A stretch of DNA of 64,000 nt, taken from the NCBI GenBank assembly GCA_028534125.1, contig CM052817.1, positions 20,338,001 to 20,402,000 on the forward strand. The letters run 5' to 3'. This document shows positions 26,913 to 40,970 of the stretch, one piece after another (positions within the stretch are counted from its first letter, which is position 1; the number at the start of each line of letters is the position of its first letter). Under the pieces are notes generated by a model, which was not told the origin of the DNA, ran no database searches, and worked only from the letters and a program-made list of their open reading frames with translations. The stretch comes from Lama glama (taxonomy: Eukaryota). Both the position numbers and the translations under genes were made by a program.

Positions 26913-29369
26913 GCTAATTTTTGTTGTGTGTGCAACTCTTGGTTGCACTGCATTATTAATGCAAGACTAGATTTGTTTTTTTCTGTGACTCATATCATTG
27001 TGGTAGACTTAAGTTAAAGACATCTTCTAAATACAAGTGTATCTGATGTAATCAATAGATATTTTTCTTTTAAATTGTGTACACAGAGAATATTCTAGCC
27101 TGAGTTCCTTAAAAAAATTGAGTATAAAAATTGTGAAATAAGGAAGGATGAGAAGGATTTCTCTGGCTTCTTAATCAGCCATGAAGCAACCCAGAAAGTG
27201 AATGGCAGATGTGTCCATTCAGCCGAGTGGTATGTATACAGATCTGCTAAGTGGAGAGACCATGTCTTTGGCAGGGATACAGAGGTACCTCTACCCAGAC
27301 CCCTACTGTTGCCTATTTCCATTGGTCAAATTTCTCCTGACAGTCGTCTAACTCCACTGCATTTCTGATTGCTGCTGGCCAACGTGGCCTCTCAAAATCT
27401 GGTTATACCTTCCTGCTGGGTATGGCATTCTTGGAGGAGGACACAAAAACTCTCGAGTATAGGGCCAGCTATCCTAGGTGGAGGAACCCCAGATTGGGGC
27501 AGAGGTACTTACTCAGAAAGCCAGTGTCTGCAGGTTCTAGAGGCAATGCCATGGGAAATCTGAGAAAGTGCATAGAATGTATTATGAAATTTTTGTAAAC
27601 AAGGATTATTTGAAATGCAATAAAGCAATGACTATTTGGTGTGTACATGCATTAGCATCACCTGTGGATCTTGGTTAAACCCCGCATAAATGAACTAAGT
27701 GATTATGACACTCATCGGGGAAATCACAATTTAAAAAATACACAAGGTGGTCTTTAGATGTGAGTCATCATCTCTTAGTTTTCTTGTTTGAAGAAAAATG
27801 ATTTAATTATAATTTTAAAAGAGAGGAACACCTTCACAACATAATGTCTATCTTCTGTTCAAATATTTGTTATTTTGTTTAGGTCTTCAAAAAAAATTCA
27901 AATAATACTAAAATTAAATGAGCAGTTTTTTACCCCATACACATGCACAGACGTACATGAAGCTACACTATATTAAATAGATGTAAAAAGTTATCCTAGA
28001 AATACAAGAATCCTTTTTTAGACCAGGATCATTTGAATTGTAATCTCATTTAGCCAACTGAAATTTAATACAATTTTTAAAAAAAAATTAATATCTGCCA
28101 AATTTTCAAGCATATCCATTACACATAAAAAAGTATAACTGTGCATCATATTTTTCTAAAGTTTATTAGGGACTGAACCACTATTTTCCACTGACTCTTA
28201 AAGAAAGAAAATCAGAATGATTATTTTAATTCTAACCTGCTGCTCAATGTACCAATTAAGATTAGAACAACTGTGTTTTTATTTCTTTTGTTAGTTTTAA
28301 TTTTAGCTGGTAGAATGTGAACTGAATATTTTTTCTTTTAAAAAAGCAAATTTTCTTCTTTTTTTCAAAAACACAAATATGCCACTGAATTTGATTGTAT
28401 ATTTATGTATATAAAAGCTGTCATTTTTACTTCAACTCTTCATTTCAAATCTCAACTCTTTTGTGGGAAAAAATACTTTCCATCCAAAAATCATAAATCT
28501 ACCCACAGCAAAACAATAAAGAAAAGAGGCATTTTGATTTTTTTAAGCATGAATGTCATCTCTATATATAGGGAAACTTAATTGGTTGCAAATATTGAGT
28601 CAGATTCTCCAACATTCAGCAAAGTCTGATTGCAGATGATTTCAAGTCTGTTAACTCTTTCATAGAGGAGTTTCTCTTATATAAACTATTTAAAAATTCT
28701 AAATATTGTACTTTTGGTTATTGGAAAGTATTAAGCTTTGATAAATAAATAAGCCACTATTTTAATGTCTCTAGTCATACACAGTGGCTTTTATTTTTTG
28801 AGCTCTTTTGCAATTTAAAAAAAATATTTTAATGGATTTGAAGCATCTAATTCAGTATTATGAACCCTGTATGTATAAAAAATAGCAACTGATGAAAATG
28901 ATGATGATAATGATAATAATGATGATGTGTTCATGATTTCAGTAGCTCTCACATTCACATTTTTTGAGAAGTTCTTGGTGTATAATGTATTGCTTCTTCT
29001 TCTAATAAGAGCCTTTTGCTACTTCCAAGACCCACACAGGCTTTGAATCATTTACATATCCAATTATGCATTTGTATTGTAAACTTTGTTTTCTAAATCT
29101 ATATAGAAGAGCTTTGAATCATTATTTCCCTATTTTAAATGCTCATTTTTAAATTTCAATCTATAAATACATGGAACTTTCTAAGCAATTGTGAATCCTT
29201 CATGTAATTTCCATTTGGCAAAAGCCAATCTGCTCTTTCTTGAAAGTGAAAAAAAAAATCACCCTTTAAAATTGTAAAATACTATCCTATAGGACTTCAT
29301 AACATTTTTAATGAGTTTCTTGCAACTTTATAATGTCCTATTAGGAAAATCTCAGTTCCAAAGACAGAC

Positions 29370-29600
29370 ATCAGGAGTATGGACTGCCTCAAATACTGCC
29401 GCTGCTATATACATATGTGATGCACACGTATGACACTGAGCACGTCATTTAGCTGTCCTGTGTTTCAGTTCTTTCCTGTATAAAGCAGAGATAATAGGGC
29501 TGTTTTGGGAATAAATTTAATGAATATATGGAAAGAAGTTAGAAAAGTGGCAAATAATCTGGAGGTATGTTAAATGTAGGCTTATGTCTTGATTTTTATT
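29370..29600 (+). mobile_element. MIR
   Basis: tgacactgagcacgtcatttagctgtcctgtgtttcagttctttcctgtataaagcagagataata matches the MIR core. Confidence 0.7.
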
Positions 29601-29914
29601 ATGTCTCACTGTCATTTGTATGAAAGTTTTTCACATTAACTTATAGTGCAATATTTGCTAGGAACACATGCCATGCTATGTATCAGAGAGGGAGGAGAAA
29701 TGTCATACTCTACTGGATGCACTGTATACATACTATGTATATTCCAGCTCTGCCTTTAAAATTTAGTAAGTCCAAGTTGAAACTGAAAACATTAGCCAAT
29801 ATACTTATTTTTTATTATTTATTTACTGTCAGTCATCCACACATTCTGAACCTTAGATAAATAAATAAAAAAATCACTCTTCTTGAATTGATACATTAAT
29901 TATACAATACTATC

Positions 29915-30930
29915 ATTTGCTCAACAAATAGTATTTATTAAACACTAGTTAGGCACCAAGCATTGTGTTAGGCTTAAGTCATACATGGAAATTATTTAAA
30001 TGACATCTGAGATCTACCCATCTAAATATACATGTAAGGAAAAAATTATTATACAAATTAGGAGGGATACTCTGTGTGGACACAGTGCTGGGAGGAATGC
30101 TTTTTGAGTTAAGGGGATGACTGAAAAGGAGAGTCAAGAAAACTCCACAGAAGTATATATTAAATGACATTTAGTAACAGACAATTACCTCATTCTCAAT
30201 ATTCAGTCAGTTAACAAGACTTATTTATTAATTCCAACTGTCTTAAATTTTTCCTCTCCTGATCTTTTTTATACTCCTTCTCTTGACTCCCTTTTACAGA
30301 TTCACACTGCAAACACAATTAGTTCAAAATCCTTAGCTGGCTTTTCTGATTTTGTCTCAACCACATCCAATTAATAATCCTATGAGCTTTTAACACCAAT
30401 CTAAACTTCTTCAAATGCTACATACATCATGTTCCTCCTCAAAACCAAAATCCTTGTGTTTAGTAAATCAAATCTCAATTATTTAGCTTCATTTTTAAAA
30501 TCAATTACAATTTAATCTTACTTTGCTTTCTGAATATGTAATCTTCCTCTATCAGCCAATGTAGACTTTCCATTAAAGTTGGAATCAATTCCTCATGACC
30601 ATGAAGACAACTTGTGACAAATCTGGAAGGGCCACCTTTAATATTGTTTCTCTCTCTGTGAGTGATTCTCTCATGCCCATCCCCCATCCATATACAGCCA
30701 CTCATTGTAAATCCAACTTAAGAACTGCTTCCTGCTTAACACTCCTTAGCAACATCTTTCACTTGCTTTCTTTCACTTGCTTCCCTATCTTCAGGTATTT
30801 TTAAACCACTGCACAGAATTTAGCATGTTGCTATGTGTATTATATGTCTGCTTCCTTGATTTTTACAGGATTCACAATAAACAGATGGTACAAATATAAG
30901 ATAGTTTGTCAGTAATTCATTCAAGTAAAA
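29915..30930. mobile_element. adjacent decayed L2 fragments (minus, then plus)
   Basis: catttgctcaacaaatagtatttattaaacact...aggcaccaagcattgtgttagg is an antisense tail; a pyrimidine-rich sense body follows. Confidence 0.55.
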
Positions 30931-31149
30931 ATGACATTCCATGAAAAAAATACTAATTCAGCTCGCAATTGCACAAATGCTTTTCTTGTATGAAAATCAT
31001 CATACTTTTTACATGTACTGGTTCCTACTGTGTTATATAGAATATTAAAAAGATATGTACTCAAGAGTCAATATTTAATAAAATTAATAATTTTTACTGC
31101 TTCATCAAGGACATTTTTAAAGTGAAATTGTCCTTTTTTTTCTCTTTTG

Positions 31150-31363
31150 CCAGCAAAATATAGTGAAAAATACAATGTCTAACAGTAACTCAGTTTGAAA
31201 CCATTATCTTTATCCATAATGTTGCATCATCAGTGCAAACATCAACAAGTGTAAAAGGCAATACCAGTTTACTATTATTTTGAAAGTAGGTTTGCCCTCA
31301 CCAACATTCTAAAAGGGTCTCAGGGAATCCAATGTATCCATGAACCGTACTTTGAGCATCACT
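31150..31363. mobile_element. hAT-Charlie DNA transposon remnant (MER119-like)
   Basis: aaaagggtctcagggaatcc...ccatgaaccgtactttgagcatcact resembles the Charlie terminal sequence. Confidence 0.65.
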
Positions 31364-31899
31364 ATTTAATCGTGTATAATCTTGAGTTTACAGCTTCTAT
31401 GCTACTATAGCATGACCTATATATATCCTGATCAGTATAAATAAGTAGGATCTCTACAGACAGCAAGAGCTGAAGTAGTTTTAGTTAGAAGGCAGCACGT
31501 GTGAAGGCACAGTTGAAGAAAGATTCACAGTATATATGTGCAACAAAAATTATACTTGTGTGAAATGGGGCTTAGGGTACGTGAGAATGGGGGTTAGATT
31601 AGGAAGATTACTTTTAAAAGGCAGAGTGAAAACAAATTTTGAAGAACAATTGACTTCCATGACAAAGAGTTTGTACTTTAGTCTACAGGTAAAAGATAAA
31701 TATGAATGATGGAATGATAGAAGACAAATTTTTTAGTAATTATAATATAATGAAGTGGGAGGTGGGAGCGACGGAAATTGAGAGTGGTGAAGTGGGAGAT
31801 CTTGTGAAAGCAAAATAAGTAGATTAATTGAAAAATTAAATAAAAAATACCAGTGAGGAAAAATGGTGTTGTTGACTGCTTCTAGTTTAGAAAAATTAC

Positions 31900-34800
31900 C
31901 ATACCATAGTAAAAGAAAAGTTTAGTTTTTTGTGTGATTGAAGTTAAATTGTTATCAGCTTAAGACAGTTATAACTACAGGAATTTTTATGTGAGCCTTA
32001 TGATAAGTGCAAAGAAAAAACCTCCAGTAGATACAAAAACGACAAATAAAGGAGAATCAACACATATCCCTACAAATATCAAAGCACAAAGGGAGACAGC
32101 AAGAGAAGAAGAGAAGAACGAAAGAGAGAGAACACAATTAACAAAATGGCAACAGTAAGTTCTTACTTACCAATAATTAGTTTATATACAAATGGATTAA
32201 ACTCCCAATCAAAAGATAATAGAGTGATTGAATGGGTTTAAAAATGAGATCCAACCATATGATGCCTAGAGGAGATTCACTTTAGATTTAATAATACACA
32301 TAGTCTGAAAGTGAAAGCATGGGGAAAACATACTTCATGGAAATGGTAAGCAAAAGATTAGGCAGAAATTCCTATATTTACATGAGAAAAAATATAACTT
32401 GTCAAAAGCTATCATAAGAGACAAAGGACATTACATAATAAAAGAGTCAATTCAACAATAAAATAACAATTATTAATATATATGCACCCAGCATCAGAGA
32501 ATCTAAATACATAAAGCAAATCATCGGCAGCTGAAGGGAGAAATAGATCAGACAATATAATAATTACAGGAGAATTCAATACCCTACTTTGAATAACGTA
32601 TAGATCATCCAGAAAAAAAAAATCAATAGGCAAATAGGAGACTTGAACACTACTATAAATCAAATTAACTTAAAATATATAGAACATTCCACCCAAAGCA
32701 GCAGAATATACATTTTTCTTCAGCACACATGAAACATTCTCCAGGATTGCTCATATGTTAGTTTGCTAAAAAGCCTTAAAAAATTAAGATCAAAATTATT
32801 CCAAGTATCTTTCTTTGGTTTCTTTTTTTTTTTGAAGTATAGTTGGTTTACAATGTTGTGTTAGTTTCAGGTGTAGAGCAAAGTGATTCAGGTATATATA
32901 TATACATACATATAAATGTATATACATATATGTATTCATTTTCAGACTCTTTTCCATTACAGTCTATTACAAGATATTGGATATAGTACAGTATAGTAGG
33001 AGCTTGTTGTTTACCTTTTATAAATAGTAGTATGTATCTGTTAGTCCCAAACTTCTAATTTATCCCTCCCCTCCTTTCCCCTTTGGTAACCATAAGATCG
33101 TTTTCTATGTCTGTGAGTCTGTTTCTCTTTTGTAAATAAGTTCATCTGTATCATTTATTTTAGGTTCCACATGTAAGTTATTTATGATATTTGTCCTTCT
33201 CTGCCTGACTTATTTAGTATGATAATCTCCGGGTCCATCTATGTTGCTGCAAATGGCATTATTTCATTCTTTCTATGACTGAGTAATATTCCATTGTATA
33301 TATGGAATCTTCTTTATCCAGTCATTTGTTAGTGGACATTTAGATAGCTTCCATGTCTTGAGTATTGTAAATAATGCTGCTGTGGACACTGGAATACATG
33401 TATCTTTAGAATTAGAGTTTTCATCTTTTCCAGATACATGCCCAGGAGTAGGATTGCTGGATCATATGGTAACTCTATTTTTAGTTTTTCAAGGAAAAAA
33501 ACTGTGCTATTCTCCATAGTGCCTGCACCAATTTACATTCCCATCAACAGTGTAAGGGGGTTCCCTTTTCTCCACATCCTCTCCAGCATTTATTATTTGT
33601 AGACTTTTTGATGATGACCATTCTGACTGGTGTGAAGTGATACCTCACTGAAGTTTTGATTTGCATTTCACTAGTAATTAGTGATGCTGAACATCTTTTC
33701 ATGTACCTGTTGTCCATCTGTATATCTTCTTTGCAGAAATGTCTGTTTAGGTCTTCTGCCCATTTTTTGATTTAGTTGTTTGATTGTTATTTGTTTGTGT
33801 TTTGATACCAAGTATCTTTTCTAACCACACAGATTAAAACTAGAAATCAGTAATAGAGAAAAACAGGACACTTCACAAATATGTGGAAATTAAACAACAC
33901 ACTACTGGACAACAATTGGGTCAAAAAAATCAAGAGGAAATTTTTAAAAATATCTTAAGACAAATGAAAAGGAAAACACAAAACTTATCAGTACTAAGAG
34001 GGAAGTTTATAGCAACAAATACCTACATTAAAAAAGAAGAAATCTCAAATACACAATCTAATTTTCTAACTAAAAGAACTACAAAAAGAACAAACTAAGT
34101 CCCAAGTTATCAGGAGGAAGGAAATAAGATTACGGCAGAAATAAATGAAATTGAGAACAGAAATACATTTGAAAAAATTGACAAACCTAAGAGGTAGTTT
34201 TTTTTTGAAAAACTGAACAAAATAAACTTCTAACCAGACTAACCAAGAAAAAAAGATAAAACTCAAAGAAAAGTATACATGAAAGAAGATACATTACAAT
34301 GGATGTCACAGAAATTAAAAAAGATCATAAAATGTTACAAAAAATTATATACCAACTGGACAACCTAAGACATGGATAAATTCCTATAAACATACAACAT
34401 ACCAAGACTGAATCGAGAAGAAAAAGAAAGTCTGAATAGACCGAAAATAAATAAGGAGATTGAATTAGAAACAAAGAAAAGCCCAGGACCATATGACCTC
34501 ACAGGTGAATTCTACAAAACATTTAAATAAGAATTAACAGCAATTTTTCTTATACCCTCCAAAAATTTGAAGAAATACCTCTAAACTCTTTCTCTGAGGC
34601 TGGAATTACCCTGATACCAATACCAGACAAAGACAACACAAGAAAACTACAGGCAAATATCCCTGATAAATACGAATGCAAAAATCTAGGACACAATATT
34701 AGCAAACAGAATTTAAAAGCACATTAAAAAAATCATACACCATGGCCAAGTGGGATCTATCCCTGGGATACAAGGATGGTTTAACATAATAAAATCCGTA

Positions 34801-37122
34801 AGTGTGATAAACCACATTAACAGAACAAAGGATAAAATTTTAAGATAATCTCCATATTTGTAGAAAAAGCATTTGACAAAATTTAACATCCTTTCAAGAT
34901 AAAAGTTCTCAACAAATTAAGTATAGAAGGTATGTACCTCGATATAATAAAAGCCATATTTGAACAATCCACAACTAACATCATATTAAATGGTTAAAAA
35001 CTGAAAGCTTTTCCGCTAAGCTCATGAAAAAGGCAAAGATGCACAGTCTCACCACTTCTGTTCAACACAGTACTGGAAGTACTATCCAGAGCAATTAGGG
35101 AGGAAAAAGAAATAAAGCCATCCAAATCCGAAAGGAAGAACCAAAACTATCTCTGCAGAAGACATGATATAAAACCTAAAAGATGCTGTAAAAAAACAGA
35201 ACCAAAGAACAAATTTAGTAAAGTTGCAGGCTATTAAAAAATCAACATACAAAAATCAATTACATTTTTATACACCAACGATGAACTATCCAAAAAGGAA
35301 ATTAGGAAAACAATTCCATTCATCATCCAAAAGTACAAAATACTTAGGAATAAACTTAACCAAGGAAGTAAATAACTTGTACACCAAAAATTATAAATCA
35401 CTTATAAAAGAATTAAAGCCAACACAAATAAATGGAAAGACATTCCATGTTCACAGGTTGAAGAAATAATATTGTTAAACTATCTCAACAACTCAAAACC
35501 ATCTATGAGTTCAGTGCAATCCCTATCAAAATCACAATGACATTTTTTACATATATAGAAAAAATAACCCTAAAATGTACATAGAACCACAAAAGATCCC
35601 AAATAATCAAAACAATTTTGAGCAAGAACAAAGCTCAAGTCATCACACTTCCTGATTTCAAACTATATTACACATTTTTGTATAGTAATCAAATTTATAA
35701 TAATCAGTATATTATGGTACCTGCATAAAAACAGACATATAAACCAGTGAAACAAAATAGAGAGCCCAGAAGTAAATTGACACATGTATGGTCACCTAAT
35801 CTTTGACAGGGTTGCCAAGAATTCACAATGAGAAAAGGATAGTCTCTTCAATAAATGGTGCTGTGAAAACTGTTTATCCACATGCAGAGGAATGAAACTG
35901 GACCCTTATCTTATGCAATACACAAAATTAACTCAAAATAAATTTAAGACTTAAACATGAGACTTGAAACCATAAAAGTAATAAGAGAAAAAACATCAGA
36001 GGATAGCTTCGTGACATTGGTTTTGGCAATAATTTATTGGATATGATACCAAAAGCACAGGCAACTAAAGCAAAAATAGACAAATGGGACTACAGGAAAA
36101 CAAAACAAAACACCGCCAATGACAAAAAACAAAACAAACAAAACTGCTCAGCAAAGGAAACAATCAACAAAATAAAGAGGAAACTTACAGAATGGGAGAA
36201 AATGCTTGAAAACCGTGTATCAGATAAATAAGGAGCTCATACAACTCAAAAAATGAATAACCCAATTTAAAAAAAGTCAAAGGATCTGAATAGACATATC
36301 TCTAAAGACGACATACAAATCTTATAAAAAGGTGCTCAACATCACAAATCATCAGGGAAATGCAAACTGAAATCCCAAGGAGTTATCACTTACCACCTGT
36401 TAGAATGGCTAAAAAAGTAAGTGTTGGTGAGGATGTGAAGACAGAACACTTGGGCCCTCTTGGTGGAGTGTAAACTGCTTTGACCACTATGGAAAACAGC
36501 ACGGAGGCCCCTTAAAATAGTAAAAATAGAACCACCATAAGATCCAGCAATCCCACTTCTGGGTATATAGCCAAAAGTATACAGTATAGAGATATGACAG
36601 AATATTATTGAGCCTTATAAAAAGGAAAAAAAATCCTCCCTTTGTGACAACATAGATGAACCTGAAGGACATTATGCTAAGTAAAGTAAATCAGTCACAA
36701 ATATTATGTGCTACCACTTATATGAAGATTCTAAAGTAGTCCAACTCACAGAAGCATAGAGTAGAAGTATAGTTGGCAAGGGCTAGTAGGAGGGAGAAAT
36801 AATACAAAATTTTAGTTGTGCAAATTGAATAAGGCCTAGAGATCTACTATACCACATATTGCTTATGGTTAACAACACTGTGTTATATACTTTAAAACTT
36901 TCTGACAGGGTAGATCTTATGCTAAATGTTCTAATAAAATAAGAGTGAGAAGAAGGAGGAGAAAAAGAAGAAAAAAGAGGGCAGGGAGAAACCTTTGGAG
37001 ATGATGGATATGTTAATTGCTGTGATAAAGAGTTCATGGATATAAACATCCAAATTAATCAAATTGTATATGTTAAATATCTACAACTTTTTGTACGACA
37101 ATCATGCATCAATAAAATGGTT
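31900..37122 (+). mobile_element. long decayed L1 (inter-ORF region, ORF2, 3' UTR; L1MA9/L1MA10-like)
   Basis: ORF2 start region near 32145 (atggcaacagtaagt...aatggattaaactcccaatcaaaag), endonuclease and RT motifs (atatatgcaccca, gcagaagacatgat), 3' UTR ending aataaaa; riddled with stops. Confidence 0.95.
32813..33807 (-). mobile_element. younger ~1 kb L1 3' fragment nested antisense in the older L1
   Basis: Poly-T then ttgaagtatagttggtttacaatgttgtgttagtttcaggtg...; TSD ccaagtatcttt (32801-32812, 33808-33819); host ORF2 resumes immediately after. Confidence 0.93.
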
Positions 37123-37129
37123 TGAGAGA

Positions 37130-37590
37130 GAAAGGGAGGGAGGATGATTGGAGTGGCTTTCTTAAAGAAGACGACATTTAAGCAAAGCGTTATCAAAGGG
37201 GAACAAATTGGTCTTATGAATATCTGCAGGTAAAGCATTTCAGAGAGGAGACAGCCAGTGCAAAAATCCTGCATTAGAATAACATGAGGCTTGCTAGAGA
37301 AAGCAAGGAAGGTGATGTGGGTAGCAGGGCATACTGAGGTAGGAGAAGGGGGAGATGGAGTCAGAGAAGTAACAAGGTTCTGGATCTATGACTTTTGATG
37401 CCTGTGGAAGAACTTTGCCATTTCCTCTGGGAAAACAAACAAACAAAAACAAAGGTTGGGACATTAGATTTCAGCAGACGAATTATAGATGTCTTAAAAG
37501 GATCACTCTGGTTGATACCAGAGCTCCGTTTGGAAGAATAAAGAGAACGGGATATAGAGTTAGCAACAATTTTTGCCACATCTAGTGCCT
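37130..37590 (-). mobile_element. L2 fragment
   Basis: gacatttaagcaaag...agcatttcagagaggagacagccagtgcaaaaatcctg...ttaaaaggatcactctggttg. Confidence 0.7.
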
Positions 37591-38462
37591 AATGTTACAA
37601 ATTAATTAATTAAAAAATTTAAAAATTAATGTTCATTAATTTTTTACTGAGTGCATTTATACTGTCATTTTTCCATGGAATTTTTTTTTTGCAATTATAA
37701 AGCAAGCTCTATAATCAAAATGTTCAACTCAGATAAACGTCCAGTATTGTTCTATGGCTTCTTACTGTGTGGCCAATGTGGATTAACGTTCTTGTTCCAT
37801 AATTCTAGTTACTTTAAATATGCTTCCAATACTAGCCACTAACTTCCTAAACCCTCTCGAAGTTACGTTATTCACAACACATTTATGTACACTTTGCATA
37901 TAATACAAGCTGTGATGGGAGAAGACATGAATATTTTAAAGAATCTTGTCCAAAGACCCGTATTTGCTTTTATATGCTGTAAACTAAATATAGAAAAAAT
38001 GAATTCATTGCAATGAGAAAAAATTTCTGCAACAAAATGCACTTAAAAGAGAGCTTTCTGTTAGATGGCATCTCCCTTTGCACATATATGATGCTTTATG
38101 AATTGTGCATGATTTTGGCTTATCCACCTCTACGCTGCTGCTAGTGGTGAAAGCAGTTGTAACTGTCTTGAAGGAGGACTCTGTGAGTCAGATTACATTT
38201 CTGCAGACTTCTAAATCCATCCAGTCCTCTCATAACACTTATCATTTACATTAGCACCACCATTCACTTAATAACTCTCCACCTCATCACTTCCCCTCCT
38301 TCATTCACAAACACAATCAATCTCCGCGTCTGATTCTTTCTCTGAAAAGAACCTCTTTCTCTTTATTTTTGCTATAATTACCACTGTACAGCTGTAAAAG
38401 CTACTTCAAGTATTTTTCCAGTTGTAATCCATCTTGCACACAACTGTTACGCCATGACCTTT

Positions 38463-38903
38463 GTATTTGTCAGGGTTCTCCAGAGAAACATAACCAATAG
38501 GATATATATGCATTAGACGTAAGAAGAGATGCATTATAGGAATTGGCTCACAGTTATGGAGACCAAGAATTCCCATGATCTGCTATCTACAAGCTGAAGA
38601 CGCAGGAAAGCTGGTGGTGTAATTCAGTGTGAGTCCAAAGGACTGAAAATCTTGGGGCTGATGATGTGAGTTCCAGTCTGAATGTCCAAGGGCATCAGCC
38701 CAAGCAGAGAAAGTTAATTTGTCTTTCTTTGCCTTTTTGTTCTCAACAGATTGGATGGTGCCCACACACATTTGTTAGGGTGATCTTCTTTACTCAGTTG
38801 ATGGAGTCAAATGCTAATCTCTTCCAGAGACACCTTCCCAGGCTATTTTCCCAGCTGAGCATCCCTTAGCCCAGTCAAGTTGACACATAAAATCAACCAT
38901 CAT
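38463..38903 (-). mobile_element. ERVL solo LTR (MLT2B-like)
   Basis: tgtatttgtcagggttctccagagaaaca...ggaattggctcaca...gcccagtcaagttgacacataaaatcaaccatca. Confidence 0.92.
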
Positions 38904-40729
38904 AGCCTTAAAGGAGAATCTGGCAGGTCATAAAGACATGAGGAAGAAGATCCACTGATGGTTGATGGTAACTTGACTACTTCCCAAATGGACAGAAGCA
39001 GTGAGTCCCATGATAACTTACCCTCTCCTAGAGATATCTGAGACCTCATTGATTTATGAACTAAAAATGTTCTGTTGATGAAGTCTCTCTCATTATATTA
39101 CTGTTTATTATTCTTTTATCTGCCAAGTATTTGACAATCCCAGGCCCTTTGTGCTTTTGTCTCTCCCCTGGCTCTTCACCCATGCTTTCACTGGCCCTTT
39201 TCTCTTTACCTAGAATTTTCTTAACAGCTATTTGACTAAGTGCCTGACAAGACTGGCTAGGAATAATTCACCTTAGCACCAGAGATTCTTCTCTCAACAT
39301 TAGCACCTAAATGTGAAACATCTGAAGCTGTATCACACCAGGCCCTGTCTCTCCACAGACTCTCAGGAACATGGTTTCTTTGTTACAGTTATGAAATGAA
39401 ACCAGGCAGATCCTTGGATGTAGTACAAAAGAGAAAGTTGTAGTTTATGCATGTTGGCTATTGACTGCTAAATTAATTCAGTGAAGAACGCTGAATCAAA
39501 ACCCCAGGCTATCTTTCATAGTAAAAGTGAGGCAGGAGATTAGAGGAGGCTCAAGTAACAGGATAGTGAAAAGGACCAGGATAGGCAACAAGTTACACCC
39601 AGGAGAAGCTGTCAGCAGTGAACTCCAGTTACTGGGAAATAACGTGCCCAGAAGAATTCCATTGCTGAAGAGACTGGAAGGTATTCGAGCCATAAGAAGG
39701 GAAAAGGGAACAATATAGGGATCCAGCCACAGGGAAAGATGGGCCCACGGAGGTTACCCAGCAGCTAATCAACCGAGTTACCTCACAGAAAGACACATTC
39801 CATGGAAAAAGGACCCAAATCACAAAGTGACTAGGAGAGTGGCACCCAGAAACCAAGCCAGGATACAATAATATTTATTCAATTCTGCTCTAGGAATCAG
39901 TAACCAAGGGCAATATATATTTTTCAGGCCTGGATATAGCATTAGTATCAAAGCCTGGAGTAATATTGAAGCATTTATGGATACTGAGAAATCATAGAAG
40001 GAGTCCTGAATTAGCATCAGCAATCATATTCCCACAAGTTCTTATTAAACATTCACTCTGCATATCTTGTTTGTGGTACTCAAGGCAGATAATCTTTTTG
40101 TCCAGACAATCAGGAGGGCAGCTTTCTGACTTCACTTCCACTACTGACTGCAACCATAAGAAAGTCAGAAACTTCTCCTGAGGGTCGTCAGGCTAGCCAC
40201 CGCACAAGGCCCCATTCAATACTAACTACCTGAAGTTCTGAAATTAAGCAGAGATCTGTGTACTTAAGTATGATTTTTGGACTGTTTGGATCAATTTTGA
40301 TGTATGAAGAGTCTATGTCAACAGGTACCTTTATTTCTCTGCTAAAAAGAAACTTCTTGTTCTCTGATGGGGGCTTCATATTGCTCTTCCCTAAAATAAT
40401 TGTTATTTTATCTCAAAATAAATGGATTTAACATACAGCTAATCAGAAATGCAGAAAGGAGTAACTGTCTTGGCACGAAAATCTCAAGATTAAATCAGCC
40501 AACCCAACAATTGAAAATCTTGAACTCTAGATTTAATGGAATGAGGACAAAATGCTATTGCCAGAAGACAGAGCTACAATTATGTGCTTTAAACAATGGC
40601 TGCATTGTAACATCCAGGTATTAAGTAGAAATTCTTAATTAAAAGATCCTGTGATATTGCTACAGGTCCTTAAATTTATGAAGTACCCAATAAGTGCAGT
40701 TTGAATTTAAAAATGCTTAATAATGAGAC

Positions 40730-40970
40730 ATTAGCTAACAGTGAGCACTTACTATGTCCTTGGCACTGTAGTAAGAGCTTAAATACAGGAATTTGTTGAA
40801 TCCTTATAACGACCCTATGGAGTAGGTAAGTCTTACAAATTAAAAATAAAACCAACTAAACAAACAAATAAACTATGACACAGAGAAGCCAGGTAAGTTG
40901 CCTAATTTCACACAGCTAGTTAAGTCCAGGCCCTACCGGTATTGCCTTCATGCACCCTTGCTCTACTGTG
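40730..40970 (-). mobile_element. MIR
   Basis: gagcacttactatgtccttggcactgt...aatccttataacgaccctatggagtaggta...cacagaga...aagttgcctaatttcacacagctagttaagt. Confidence 0.8.

Noticed and set aside
28578..28680. Minus-strand peptide-like stretch EKLLYERVNRLEIICNQTLLNVGESDSIFATN
   Set aside because: Bounded by stops, no convincing acceptor, and not a protein I recognise.
33329..36231. ORFs with L1 ORF2-like peptides (e.g. [36 protein letters not shown])
   Set aside because: Short remnants of dead L1 copies, with stops and frameshifts; not genes.
40820..40900. Two perfect AG|GTAAGT donors
   Set aside because: Both lie inside a MIR with no matching upstream acceptor; probably chance matches.
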